From: an uncultured Methanosarcinales archaeon
Lineage (GTDB): Archaea > Nanobdellota > Nanobdellia > Woesearchaeales > GW2011-AR9
Length of the DNA: 64,000 bases
Assembly (NCBI GenBank): GCA_964498285.1
Contig: CAZCGN010000001.1
Coordinates: 444,681-508,680, forward strand
Direction of reading: 5' to 3'
Made by a program: the position numbers and the translations under genes. Positions 26,831 through 35,923 of the stretch are shown piece by piece; positions within the stretch are counted from its first letter, which is position 1; each line of letters opens with the position of its first letter. The notes below the pieces were generated by a model. The model ran no database searches and was not told the DNA's origin. It saw only the letters and a program-made list of their open reading frames with translations.

Positions 26831-27868
26831 ATGAAATTAAAGAAGTTTCAGTCTTTTTTACGCTCAAAAGCAATAGATGTTGCATTTTTTGTACATCCAG
26901 ACCCGACTATTACATACCTTTTGCAAGCTCACACAAGCTATGCTTTTTTGCTTGTAGGACAACGTTCTGCCAAGGTGTATGTAAGCAAACTAGACAAGAT
27001 AACACCGCCCAAAGGAATTCTCTCTGAACATTTCCAAAAACAATGGAAAAAACAACTTTTTTCAAGCAAAAAGTTGAGAGTTGGAATTAATAAAGAGCAG
27101 CTCTCGCTCTCTTTTTTTGAAACACTCAAAAAAGTATATCCTAAGGCCAAATTTGTTGATATCGCAAAAGACGTAGCTGAGCTGCGATCAGTGAAAACAA
27201 AAACAGAAATCAGGTACATTCAAAAAGCATGCAACCGTACAGATTTGGCTCTCCGATCTTTTAAGGAAGAATATACAAAATCAAAATTTCAAACAGAACA
27301 ATCTATCGCCCTTTTTTTAGAACGTAAACTGCGCGAGAAAGGGAGTCCTATAGCGTTCCCAACAATTGTGGCATCAAGCGTAAACTCATCAGTTCCACAT
27401 CACGAAACATCAACTAAATATCTCAAACGAGGATTTATACAGTTAGACTTTGGTGCAACGTACAAAAATTACTGTGCAGATATGTCGCGAGTTCTGTTTT
27501 TCGGTAAGCCAACAGCGCAAGAGCGCAAGGATTTTGAACTGCTGAAACATTGTCAGAAAACTGCGCGAAATGCAGCTAAAATAGGTATGGCATTCGGAGC
27601 ATTGGATAAAATCTCACGAAAACAGCTTGGCACAAGAGCAGAATACTTTGTGCATTCCTTGGGCCACGGCATAGGTGTTGAAGTACATGAAGCACCAAAG
27701 GTAGGACCAGGATCTAAAGATATAATTAAGAACAATGTTGTCTTTACTATTGAGCCAGGGATCTATTTACCTCAAAAGTATGGTATTCGAATTGAAGATA
27801 CTGTTGTGTTACAAAAAGGGAAGCTTAAGAGTTTGACAAAGTCAAATCGAGAGCTTATTATTCTCTAA
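26831..27868 (+). CDS. M24-family Xaa-Pro aminopeptidase/dipeptidase
   Basis: Pita-bread motifs DFGATYKNYCADMSR, HSLGHGIGVEVHE and TIEPGIY. Confidence 0.8.
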   Translation: MKLKKFQSFLRSKAIDVAFFVHPDPTITYLLQAHTSYAFLLVGQRSAKVYVSKLDKITPPKGILSEHFQKQWKKQLFSSKKLRVGINKEQLSLSFFETLKKVYPKAKFVDIAKDVAELRSVKTKTEIRYIQKACNRTDLALRSFKEEYTKSKFQTEQSIALFLERKLREKGSPIAFPTIVASSVNSSVPHHETSTKYLKRGFIQLDFGATYKNYCADMSRVLFFGKPTAQERKDFELLKHCQKTARNAAKIGMAFGALDKISRKQLGTRAEYFVHSLGHGIGVEVHEAPKVGPGSKDIIKNNVVFTIEPGIYLPQKYGIRIEDTVVLQKGKLKSLTKSNRELIIL

Positions 27869-27976
27869 GTTGTTAGGCATATCATTATTACCACAAACCT
27901 TTTAAAAGAGGAGCTCAAGTAAGCTTATACGTGTTTTAGAAGGTTTTACACAAAAGCTTTATAAAGCACATTCAAT

Positions 27977-28051
27977 GGAGCTGTGGTGTAGCTTGGTCTA
28001 GCATTTAAGGTTTGGGACCTTACGACCCCGATTCAAATTCGGGCAGCCCCA
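27977..28051 (+). tRNA. tRNA-Pro (anticodon UGG)
   Basis: Hand-folded cloverleaf. Acceptor GGAGCUG/CAGCCCC with one A:C mismatch at 3:70. Anticodon stem UAAGG/CCUUA with loop UUUGGGA. T-arm CCCGA-UUCAAAU-UCGGG. Discriminator A. No encoded CCA. Confidence 0.7.
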
Positions 28052-28087
28052 TCTTTTATTATCAAGCATCAAAAGGAGTATATACAA

Positions 28088-28282
28088 ATGCCAGCAAAAC
28101 GATTTGGAGCACGATATGGGCGAAAACCCAAGAAAAACTTTGCAAAAATTGAAAAGCAACACAGAGCAAAGCATAAAAGTCCGTTCTCAAATAAACGAAG
28201 TGTGCGACGTCTTGCAACAGGTATTTGGATTTGTAAAAAAACCGGCATAAAGTTTACCGGTAAAGCATACACCCCTAAGTAA
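28088..28282 (+). CDS. rpl37ae: Ribosomal protein L37Ae (eL43), a variant lacking three of the four zinc-ribbon cysteines
   Basis: RYGRKPKKNFAKIEKQHRAKH...GIWICKKTGIKFTGKAYTP follows the L37ae pattern (RYGxSLRK...QHAKHxCxFCGK...GIWxCxxCxxxxAGGAY). The first CxxC is replaced by SPFS and the second by ICKKT. Confidence 0.7.
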   Translation: MPAKRFGARYGRKPKKNFAKIEKQHRAKHKSPFSNKRSVRRLATGIWICKKTGIKFTGKAYTPK

Positions 28283-28293
28283 GGAGACAAACT

Positions 28294-28428
28294 ATGGATT
28301 ACAAATGTTTTCATTGCGATAAGAAAGTTGAAGAAGAGTACACTAAAACACGTGTGCGATGCCCCTACTGTGGTGGAAAAGCTTTATACAAGAGCCGAAA
28401 TGTGCCTAAAACTGTTAAAGCACGGTAA
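28294..28428 (+). CDS. rpoP: DNA-directed RNA polymerase subunit P (RpoP/Rpb12)
   Basis: 44-aa ORF not in the supplied track: MDYKCFHCDKKVEEEYTKTRVRCPYCGGKALYKSRNVPKTVKAR. It has the CxxC...CxxCG zinc ribbon. It sits in the conserved L37ae-rpoP-pfdB gene order. Confidence 0.75.
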   Translation: MDYKCFHCDKKVEEEYTKTRVRCPYCGGKALYKSRNVPKTVKAR

Positions 28429-28446
28429 GAATTTCTCACAAATACA

Positions 28447-28779
28447 ATGTCACAACAACACGTTCAAAAACTTCATCTTCTTCAACAAAATTTGCAGAAT
28501 ATTGCTAACCAAAAACAACAATTCTCAGCGCAACTAGCAGAAATTGAATCTGCAATTAAGGAAGTTCCGAACAGTTCTTCAACATACAAAATAGTTGGAA
28601 AGTTAATGGTTGCGCAGGATGCAGCAACCTTAACAAAAGAGTTAGAAGAACAAGAAACACTCATCAAACTTCGTATCTCAACAATTGAAAAACAAGAATT
28701 AAGTGTCAAAGAAACATTAGAGAAAACCCAAAAAGAAATGCTTGATACAATCAAAGAGCAGGATACTTCTAAAGAATGA
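28447..28779 (+). CDS. pfdB: Prefoldin beta subunit
   Basis: 110-aa coiled-coil protein with a beta-hairpin YKIVGKLMV, in the conserved position after rpoP. Confidence 0.8.
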   Translation: MSQQHVQKLHLLQQNLQNIANQKQQFSAQLAEIESAIKEVPNSSSTYKIVGKLMVAQDAATLTKELEEQETLIKLRISTIEKQELSVKETLEKTQKEMLDTIKEQDTSKE

Positions 28780-29015
28780 ATGACCTACAAGAAATTATTG
28801 AACATCTTGAGATGATTAAAGAGGATCAAGATAGTAATAAACGAATTCAAGACATTATTGACAAAGTCATCACAATTCTTAAAACAAATAAAGAGCTGAG
28901 TGCTCAAAAAGCAGTTATGCAACTTGAAGAGATAAATTCTGGCGCGATAAACTCATACATCCGCGGACAGTTATGGGAAGTCATGAGTAAGCTTGAGAGT
29001 ATCAATGCAAGTTAA
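28776..29015 (+). CDS. Small helical conserved hypothetical protein
   Basis: 79-aa ORF overlapping the pfdB stop by 4 nt. No motif recognised. Confidence 0.35.
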   Translation: MNDLQEIIEHLEMIKEDQDSNKRIQDIIDKVITILKTNKELSAQKAVMQLEEINSGAINSYIRGQLWEVMSKLESINAS

Positions 29016-29545
29016 CTCTTCTTTAGGTACTTAGCTTTCATAAAAAACGAATTGGGAACATACAAAACATCTCCTCGTTTTGATTTGATTTGTGTTTCTA
29101 AAAGACCAATCTTGAGCACTTTCCCATGCACTTCTCTTGTAGAAATATTTTTTCCAATATGAACAATATTTTTCCGTACAATCAAAAAACGCGAAATAAA
29201 ATCTGGAACAATATCTTTTATTCCTACCAATAAAGTAAGACCAATTAGAATTAAAAAGCCCGCAACTACTATGTACAATATGAACGAGGTGATGCCCCAT
29301 TCTCGAAGCAAAAATAGAATTGTTGCAGCATATACTGCGTAGGAGAGAAGACTGCTTAAGATATCTTGCGCGTTATAGGAAAATCCCACATATCTCAATT
29401 TTTTATTAAGACCAAGTTCAGAAAAAATCTTATTGCTCCATTTTTTGACCAAAAGACCAATGCCAAAACCGGCAAGTAAGATGATAAAGCTGGTTCCAGT
29501 AAGGTACAAGTATTCTCGTACGATAAATAAAATTTGTTGAATCAT
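29012..29545 (-). CDS. Small-conductance mechanosensitive channel (MscS-like, short form)
   Basis: Three TM helices followed by an MscS-like beta domain ...GDVLYVPNSFF. Confidence 0.5.
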   Translation of the reverse strand: MIQQILFIVREYLYLTGTSFIILLAGFGIGLLVKKWSNKIFSELGLNKKLRYVGFSYNAQDILSSLLSYAVYAATILFLLREWGITSFILYIVVAGFLILIGLTLLVGIKDIVPDFISRFLIVRKNIVHIGKNISTREVHGKVLKIGLLETQIKSKRGDVLYVPNSFFMKAKYLKKS

Positions 29546-30813
29546 TTTGTCGAAAGAGCTTTTTTCGGCATGCTCCTTTTTACAACAAACACATTAAGAG
29601 AACTAAGAATAATTGTTCCTGTAATTACAACGTATACTATTTTTGCAACGGTATCGGCAAATACGATCTCTTGTACCACCGCGATCTGGGCGATAGCTGC
29701 AGCGGCAAGACCTCTTGCAAAAATACTGTCAATGAGCTTCCTATCCCCTGGCGCGTCTTTTTTTGTAAGCACCCACGATGCTCTTCGTGCAAAGAGCAAC
29801 ACAACTGCGATGATTCCGCCAATAAGAAGTGCCCGGGTATCACTTAAGTCGATTAGTACACCGATATACACAAAAAAGAATGTTTTAAGCAAGAAAGATA
29901 CTTGATGATAGAAATATTCTTCAGAGTGAGTTGTTGCAGCAACACCAAGGCCACCTTTAATAATATCTTTACGTTTACGTTTTGGAACTCGTTTGACAAG
30001 GCCAGCCGTGATCGAAGTGAGTTGTTTTGAATTGTTAAGCATAAGTCCGAAGAAAAGGGTCGCAATCGCTCCGTTTCCTTGCAAGAACTGTGCAAGAACA
30101 TAAATTAAGATGATGTATGCAATTGTGATCATATAGTTATGTTCTTTGAACACCTTGATCACAAGAATTGTCCAAATGATTCCTGCAACAATCCCTACGA
30201 TTGCGCCAACAGCAAAAAGTGAGACGAGTTGTGAGAGCGTTTTTTGAAACCCAAAATTTCCTCCAATACGCATAAACTCAAGAACAGTTAGGGCAAATAC
30301 TATACAAAAAACATCAGTCAGGGCAGATTCAAGTGTGAGAAGAGAGTAAATTCTTGGCTTAATTTTCATTTGTTTGAGTACCGGAATAACAAACGCTGAT
30401 GAGACTCCACCTAACGCAAATCCTGTAACCAACGAAACGGAAAGTGGAAACTTAAAGAGATACATAATTATTGTAATGATTACTGATGAGACGAAAAAAT
30501 TGAAAACTGTTAAAAGAAAACTACTTGAAAATTCTTTGATAAGTGAAGTCAAATTAATATTAAACGCCCCATCAAAAAGTAAAAAAAGCAAGGTAAATGT
30601 CGTAAAGATTGGCGCGATACTTGCAAGGGAAGCTGGTGTAACAAAATCAAGTACATGCGGGCCCATAACAAACCCTAAAATAATAAGGAAAAGCACATCT
30701 GGAATTCCGATTTTTCGAAATGTGAACTCTGAGAAAAATCCGAAAAAGAGAATAAGGCTGATTGCAAGCAGAATTAAGGTTACCAAGTCCATACCATATA
30801 TTAAACAATACAC
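29542..30813 (-). CDS. Cation:proton antiporter (CPA1/NhaP-type Na+/H+ exchanger)
   Basis: 423-aa polytopic membrane protein with an NhaP-like hydropathy pattern. 4-nt overlap with the MscS-like gene. Confidence 0.55.
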   Translation of the reverse strand: MYCLIYGMDLVTLILLAISLILFFGFFSEFTFRKIGIPDVLFLIILGFVMGPHVLDFVTPASLASIAPIFTTFTLLFLLFDGAFNINLTSLIKEFSSSFLLTVFNFFVSSVIITIIMYLFKFPLSVSLVTGFALGGVSSAFVIPVLKQMKIKPRIYSLLTLESALTDVFCIVFALTVLEFMRIGGNFGFQKTLSQLVSLFAVGAIVGIVAGIIWTILVIKVFKEHNYMITIAYIILIYVLAQFLQGNGAIATLFFGLMLNNSKQLTSITAGLVKRVPKRKRKDIIKGGLGVAATTHSEEYFYHQVSFLLKTFFFVYIGVLIDLSDTRALLIGGIIAVVLLFARRASWVLTKKDAPGDRKLIDSIFARGLAAAAIAQIAVVQEIVFADTVAKIVYVVITGTIILSSLNVFVVKRSMPKKALSTK

Positions 30814-30893
30814 GTTTAAATATATTACTATTTACGCACAGTTCTTGTTTCTAACCCCAATCTTTTTAAGCTTAAGAAGATCATTTGTGATTA

Positions 30894-31991
30894 ATGGCAA
30901 GTAACCTTGATAGGATCAAAGAACTTGAAGCGGAATTAAAAAAAACAAAGTACAATAAAGCAACACAGCATCATATTGGCCTTGTTAAAGCAAAAATTGC
31001 GCTTCTCAAAGAAAAAGAACAATCAAGATCGTCCAAGAAGACCGGTCAATCAGACCACGGATATTCAGTTCGAAAATCAGGGGATGGAACGGTTCTTTTG
31101 TTAGGCTTTCCTTCAGCAGGAAAATCAACTCTTCTTAACAAGATTACTGGAGCAGACTCAGATGTTGGTGCGTATGCCTTTACAACATTGGGCGTAATCC
31201 CTGGCCTTCTCAACTATAATCAAGCAAAGATTCAGATTTTGGACGTGCCCGGTATTGTACAGGGGGCGGCTTCAGGCAGAGGCAGGGGAAAAGAAGTTCT
31301 TGCAGTTATTAGAACAGCTGACCTTATTCTTATGGTTGTTGATGTCACAACCCCAAAACATTACAAAGCTCTTCTTAAGGAAGTGTGGGAGTCAGGAATT
31401 CGTATCAATAAGAAAAAGCCAGAAGTGTACATAAAAAAGAAAGCGAAAGGCGGGATTCAAATAGGCAAAACAGTCGCATTAGATGTTGATGATAATACCC
31501 TCAAACGCATTTTACGTGAATTTAAATATAACAATTGTGAGGTTCTTATCCGCTCAAAGATCGATATCGATGATTTCATTGACTGTATTGAAGGGCACAA
31601 AAAGTATTTGCCCGCGGTGATTATCTTAAGTAAGGGGGATATGGTTCCTTTACAGGAAGCAAAAAAAGTTCAAAAAGAGATTGGCGCTGATTTGATTGTC
31701 TCAGCCCATACTGGAAAAAACATTGAAAAGCTCAAAAGCGTTATGTTTAAAAGATTAGATTTCATGCGTATTTACCTTAAAGAGCCACGAAAAGAAGCAG
31801 ATATGAAAGAGCCCCTTATCATTCAAAAGCCTGCAAGAATCCGTGATGTATGTTCTAAATTGCACAAAGATTTTGTTGCAAAGTTCAGATTTTCGCGTGT
31901 GTGGGGGAAAAGTGCAAAGTTTCCTGGTCAAAGGCTCATGCTTCATCATAAACTCAAAGATGGGGACATTTTGGAATTGCATATTGACTGA
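30894..31991 (+). CDS. Developmentally regulated GTP-binding protein (DRG/Rbg1-like Obg-family GTPase) with a C-terminal TGS domain
   Basis: G1 GFPSAGKSTLLN. G3 DVPGIV. G4 SKGD. C-terminal TGS domain ...GDILELH. Confidence 0.85.
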   Translation: MASNLDRIKELEAELKKTKYNKATQHHIGLVKAKIALLKEKEQSRSSKKTGQSDHGYSVRKSGDGTVLLLGFPSAGKSTLLNKITGADSDVGAYAFTTLGVIPGLLNYNQAKIQILDVPGIVQGAASGRGRGKEVLAVIRTADLILMVVDVTTPKHYKALLKEVWESGIRINKKKPEVYIKKKAKGGIQIGKTVALDVDDNTLKRILREFKYNNCEVLIRSKIDIDDFIDCIEGHKKYLPAVIILSKGDMVPLQEAKKVQKEIGADLIVSAHTGKNIEKLKSVMFKRLDFMRIYLKEPRKEADMKEPLIIQKPARIRDVCSKLHKDFVAKFRFSRVWGKSAKFPGQRLMLHHKLKDGDILELHID

Positions 31992-32003
31992 AAATAATAA
32001 AAA

Positions 32004-32906
32004 TTAGAATTTCAATCCCAACTGCGCTGGTTGCTGGCCCGCTACATACCCTTCACCCACTGAACCTGCATGGTACATTACTTCTCCTGCTACACTTTCT
32101 AGGCGAAGTTGCGCTCGTTCAGACAAGCTTTGTGCTTCAAGACTAATATGCTCTGCTAAATCAGCAGCACTAACCTGGGCACCATTAATTCCCGAACGCA
32201 CACGAGCCAGAAGACGTTTTGAGGATGTACGATTCCCAACTTGCGCCATGTACGCTGAGAGCGCAGCACCTTTATATGAAACATCGCAACTAGCACCAAT
32301 ACGTGCGGTAATTCCACTTGCCCCTTCCAAGATAACATCAACAGCACTTTCTAAGGATGGTTTATCAAACCTATGGATAACTCTTGCTTGCGCAACATGC
32401 GGGCTGTGAAATGAGGTCCAAGAGCCAGTTGCAGGGTCGTGCAAAGAGAAACCAGCCCGCACAGCCATCTGTCCGTTTCCTCCATAGGTTCCAAAATCAC
32501 CAGAATCGATGCAAAGGTATAACTCAGAGCCATCAGTTTCACCAACTTTACTTGAAAGAACAAATCGTTCTGCCCCTGGCGCGTACCGAACAATTGGTGC
32601 ATCACCAGTTTTTGTTTCAAGAACATCAGCAATTGCGTGTGGTGTAAGTTCCTCAAACTTCGGTGTTACAAGGCCAAACCATTTAACCGAGCTGCCTGTA
32701 ACTTTTCCACGCAAATAAAGATCTCGCGCATTCACACCTTCTTGAATTGAACTAAAGTTAGCAACTCTTGCTCGCAATCGTGAGCGCAACCCAGGTGGTA
32801 TTTGAATATCTCCAACTCGTATGTTCTTTCCTTCAAGCTTTACGCCTCCCTTGATTGTGTGGCTAATTGGTCTTCTGTATGGAATTGTATCAATTGTATG
32901 TATCAT
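32004..32906 (-). CDS. Hypothetical protein, isolated GC-rich gene
   Basis: 300 aa. Markedly higher GC and Arg/Gly/Ala content than its neighbours. No motif recognised. Confidence 0.45.
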   Translation of the reverse strand: MIHTIDTIPYRRPISHTIKGGVKLEGKNIRVGDIQIPPGLRSRLRARVANFSSIQEGVNARDLYLRGKVTGSSVKWFGLVTPKFEELTPHAIADVLETKTGDAPIVRYAPGAERFVLSSKVGETDGSELYLCIDSGDFGTYGGNGQMAVRAGFSLHDPATGSWTSFHSPHVAQARVIHRFDKPSLESAVDVILEGASGITARIGASCDVSYKGAALSAYMAQVGNRTSSKRLLARVRSGINGAQVSAADLAEHISLEAQSLSERAQLRLESVAGEVMYHAGSVGEGYVAGQQPAQLGLKF

Positions 32907-33017
32907 TTTTGTAAATCCTCCAATAGTACTATTCTTAGCTCCCCCAAAACTATATAAGAAAAAGTGGGCATGTTCTTCACCACAACTCTTATAAAGAATT
33001 TCTTCTTACTACTTTTC

Positions 33018-33725
33018 ATGTTTGAAAAATTAGAACATATTGGGCTTACGAAAACAGAAAGCAAGATTTATTTGATGCTTTTAGATGTAACAAAAGCGCA
33101 AGCAGGTGTTCTTTCTCGAAAAACGGGGATTCATAGGCGGAGCATTTATGATGCACTTGACAGACTCATTGAAAAGGGTCTTGTAAGTTATATCATGGAA
33201 AATGATAAGCGTTATTATATGGCTGAGGACCCAAAACGTGTACAAGACCTTATCGATGAGCAAACTGAGCAGGTATATTCTGTAATGCCCCTTTTGCAAG
33301 CAAAGTTTGCAGAACATAAGGGTAAACAAGAGACTCTCTTCTATCGAGGAAAGGAAGGTATTAAAACCATATTCGAAGATCAGATACGTGATAAAAAGAC
33401 CGTCTACATTATTGGTGCATCACGTAGTGCTGCTGACATCATGAAGTATTACTTGCCTCATTATACAAATAAGCGAATCAAACAAAAGTTGCAGCTTCAT
33501 ATGCTCTATTCTGGCAGAAAACAAGAGTTACCTGTGCCCCTTACAAAAATAAAATATTTGCCCAAAAGTTTTGAAACATTAGTTTCAACTAACATTTATG
33601 GGGATAAAGTTGCTATTATCTTGTGGCTTGCTCATGATCCAGTTGCTATTTTGATTAAACAGCCGGACGTTGCAAAAACGTTCAAAAACTATTTTGATAT
33701 GCTCTGGAAAATTGCCAAAGAGTAA
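33018..33725 (+). CDS. TrmB-family transcriptional regulator
   Basis: N-terminal HTH LEHIGLTKTESKIYLMLLDVTKAQAGVLSRKTGIHRRSIYDALDRLIEKGLV. The likely start is the internal Met, since the annotated N-terminal 18 aa are hydrophobic and look spurious. Confidence 0.55.
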   Translation: MFEKLEHIGLTKTESKIYLMLLDVTKAQAGVLSRKTGIHRRSIYDALDRLIEKGLVSYIMENDKRYYMAEDPKRVQDLIDEQTEQVYSVMPLLQAKFAEHKGKQETLFYRGKEGIKTIFEDQIRDKKTVYIIGASRSAADIMKYYLPHYTNKRIKQKLQLHMLYSGRKQELPVPLTKIKYLPKSFETLVSTNIYGDKVAIILWLAHDPVAILIKQPDVAKTFKNYFDMLWKIAKE

Positions 33726-33767
33726 AATTACCAAACATTCTTAAAGGAGCCCCATAATATATAGTTC

Positions 33768-34055
33768 ATGGCAGTTAAATACAAACAAAAATGCTTCAGG
33801 TGCAAGAAAAATTATGTTATTGCAACTTGGCGAAAAAAATTTGTTCAGTGTTATGATTGCGAGAAGGATCAATTGGTAGGCGAAATTAAGGATCCTAAAA
33901 TGAAAAAGATGTTTAAAATTCCAGATGACTTTTACAAAGAGAACAGTTTTTTACGTAGTATCAAAATAAATTATCTACGGTTTGGTTCTCTTTCTGATAA
34001 ACAGATCGAAACGTTCAAAAAAGCGGTCGAAAAGATGAAAGAAGAAAGCGAGTAG
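33768..34055 (+). CDS. Small zinc-ribbon protein
   Basis: CFRCKK...CYDCEK pairs of CxxC. 95 aa. Confidence 0.35.
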   Translation: MAVKYKQKCFRCKKNYVIATWRKKFVQCYDCEKDQLVGEIKDPKMKKMFKIPDDFYKENSFLRSIKINYLRFGSLSDKQIETFKKAVEKMKEESE

Positions 34056-34106
34056 ATTCTCACATCTTAGCAACATTTAAAATCTTTTACAAATTCCTTT
34101 TCTTCG

Positions 34107-35879
34107 ATGGCTCTTCGAGATAATCCTATTGTATCTATGGTCTCTGAGGCCTGGCGCTACTCAGATAAAAAGTGGGTTGTATTTCTGTTCTTAACACTAT
34201 CTGGAATAGCGCAGCTTATCATGCTTCTTCAGCCCTTGATCATAGGAAAAGTCTTGAACATAATTCAAGAGAGCGGGGTTACACAAGAAACCATAACTCC
34301 CATTTTGTTGTACGTTCTTGCCATCCTTGCCATATTTTTTGGGTTTTGGATATTTCATGGTCCGGCGCGAGTATTAGAGCGAAAAAACGCTTTTTTTGTT
34401 AGGGCAAATTATACGATGTATCTTGTCAACGGTATTTTGAATCTTTCACCAAAATGGCATTCTCAAACACATTCGGGCGACACTATAGATAAAATTGAGA
34501 AGTCTTCAAGATCGTTGTTTGAATTTTCCCAAGCGCTCTATGAACTTGTTGAGCTTGTTGTACGTTTAGGTGGATCATTCCTTGTTTTGGCTTTTTTTGA
34601 TATTAGGGCAGCTATTCCAGTTATCATCATAACAACTCTTATTTCGATTACTGTTTTAGTACTTGATGCGAAGCTTAATGTTCAGTATAAACAGCTTAAT
34701 CAGAAAGAAAATAATATTGCCGCCCAGATATTTGATACTATCAGCAATATTACAACTGTCATCATTATTCGAATTGAAAAGCTCCTTTCCAAGGAAATTT
34801 TACGTAAAGTGCTTGACCCACTCAAAATTTATTCACATAACATTAAGCTTAATGAGACCAAATGGGCGTTAGTTTCAATGCTCTCAGGAATCATGCTTGT
34901 GTGGGTTCTTGTGGGTCACATTTGGCATCAATATTCAAACGGCGTGCCAGTTCTGGTAGGAACTCTCTATATTCTCTTTGGATATATTGATAAGATCAGC
35001 GCACAATTCTACAGATTTACATACCGGTACAGTAGAATTGTTCGATGGAATTCTGCGATTGAATCCATGCGTGAGGTAAGTGATCATTTCAAAGACAAAA
35101 AGAAAGAAAGAGTAAAAGCACTCCAGAAAGATTGGCAGAATCTTGAAATTCAAAACTTGTCATTTTCCTATGAGGAAGACCATAAAACACTTCACTTAGA
35201 TAAACTTAATTTCAAAATTCTGAGGGGGCAGAAAGTAGCCTTTATTGGGGAGAGCGGTTCGGGTAAAACAACGATGCTCAAAATTCTGAGGGGACTGTAT
35301 AGAACAAAAAAAGGAGAAGTTCTTGTTGATGGAAAAGAGCTCAAGGGAAGGTTTTTGCCAATTTCAAAGACAGTGACTCTCATTCCGCAAGAACCAGAAA
35401 TCTTTACAACAACTCTCAAACGTAATATTACCATGGGCGTTCCATACCCTCGAAAGGTGATCAATACATTTGTGAGGCTGGCACGGTTCAATACTGTTGC
35501 GCAGCGTCTTCCTAAAAAACTGAACACAAATGTTATGGAAAAGGGTGTTTCACTCTCTGGAGGAGAAAAACAACGGCTTGCACTTGCCCGGGGTTTGCTT
35601 GCTGTTCGCGATTCACAATTTATTTTGCTAGATGAACCAACAAGTAGTGTGGATGCTGCAAACGAAATTGAGATATACAAAAACATCTATCGTAAATTTA
35701 AAGATCGTACAATTATCTCAACAGTTCATAATTTAAGTTTACTTCCACTGTTTGATCAGATTTATATGTTTAGAAAAGGCAGAATCATTGCAAACGGATC
35801 TTTTTGGGAGCTAATGGAAAGTTCAAAATCGTTCAAACGAATGTGGGATAAGTATAAATACAAAAAGAAGCAAAAGTAG
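34107..35879 (+). CDS. ABC exporter, fused permease-ATPase (MsbA/MdlB-like)
   Basis: Six N-terminal TM helices. Walker A GESGSGKTT. Signature LSGGEKQRLALAR. Walker B ILLDEPTS. Confidence 0.8.
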   Translation: MALRDNPIVSMVSEAWRYSDKKWVVFLFLTLSGIAQLIMLLQPLIIGKVLNIIQESGVTQETITPILLYVLAILAIFFGFWIFHGPARVLERKNAFFVRANYTMYLVNGILNLSPKWHSQTHSGDTIDKIEKSSRSLFEFSQALYELVELVVRLGGSFLVLAFFDIRAAIPVIIITTLISITVLVLDAKLNVQYKQLNQKENNIAAQIFDTISNITTVIIIRIEKLLSKEILRKVLDPLKIYSHNIKLNETKWALVSMLSGIMLVWVLVGHIWHQYSNGVPVLVGTLYILFGYIDKISAQFYRFTYRYSRIVRWNSAIESMREVSDHFKDKKKERVKALQKDWQNLEIQNLSFSYEEDHKTLHLDKLNFKILRGQKVAFIGESGSGKTTMLKILRGLYRTKKGEVLVDGKELKGRFLPISKTVTLIPQEPEIFTTTLKRNITMGVPYPRKVINTFVRLARFNTVAQRLPKKLNTNVMEKGVSLSGGEKQRLALARGLLAVRDSQFILLDEPTSSVDAANEIEIYKNIYRKFKDRTIISTVHNLSLLPLFDQIYMFRKGRIIANGSFWELMESSKSFKRMWDKYKYKKKQK

Positions 35880-35923
35880 TTCTTCCTAAACGTTTATAAA
35901 TCTTGTTTTCTTTAAAATTACCT

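Noticed and set aside
27952-27968. AAGCTTTATAAAGC upstream of tRNA-Pro as that gene's TATA box
   Set aside because: It ends only about 11 nt before the mature tRNA 5' end. That is too close for the usual spacing of about -26. It may serve another transcript, or the tRNA has a leader from an upstream box (TTTTAGAAGG at about 27934). The motif is kept only as a recurring element, not as an assigned promoter.
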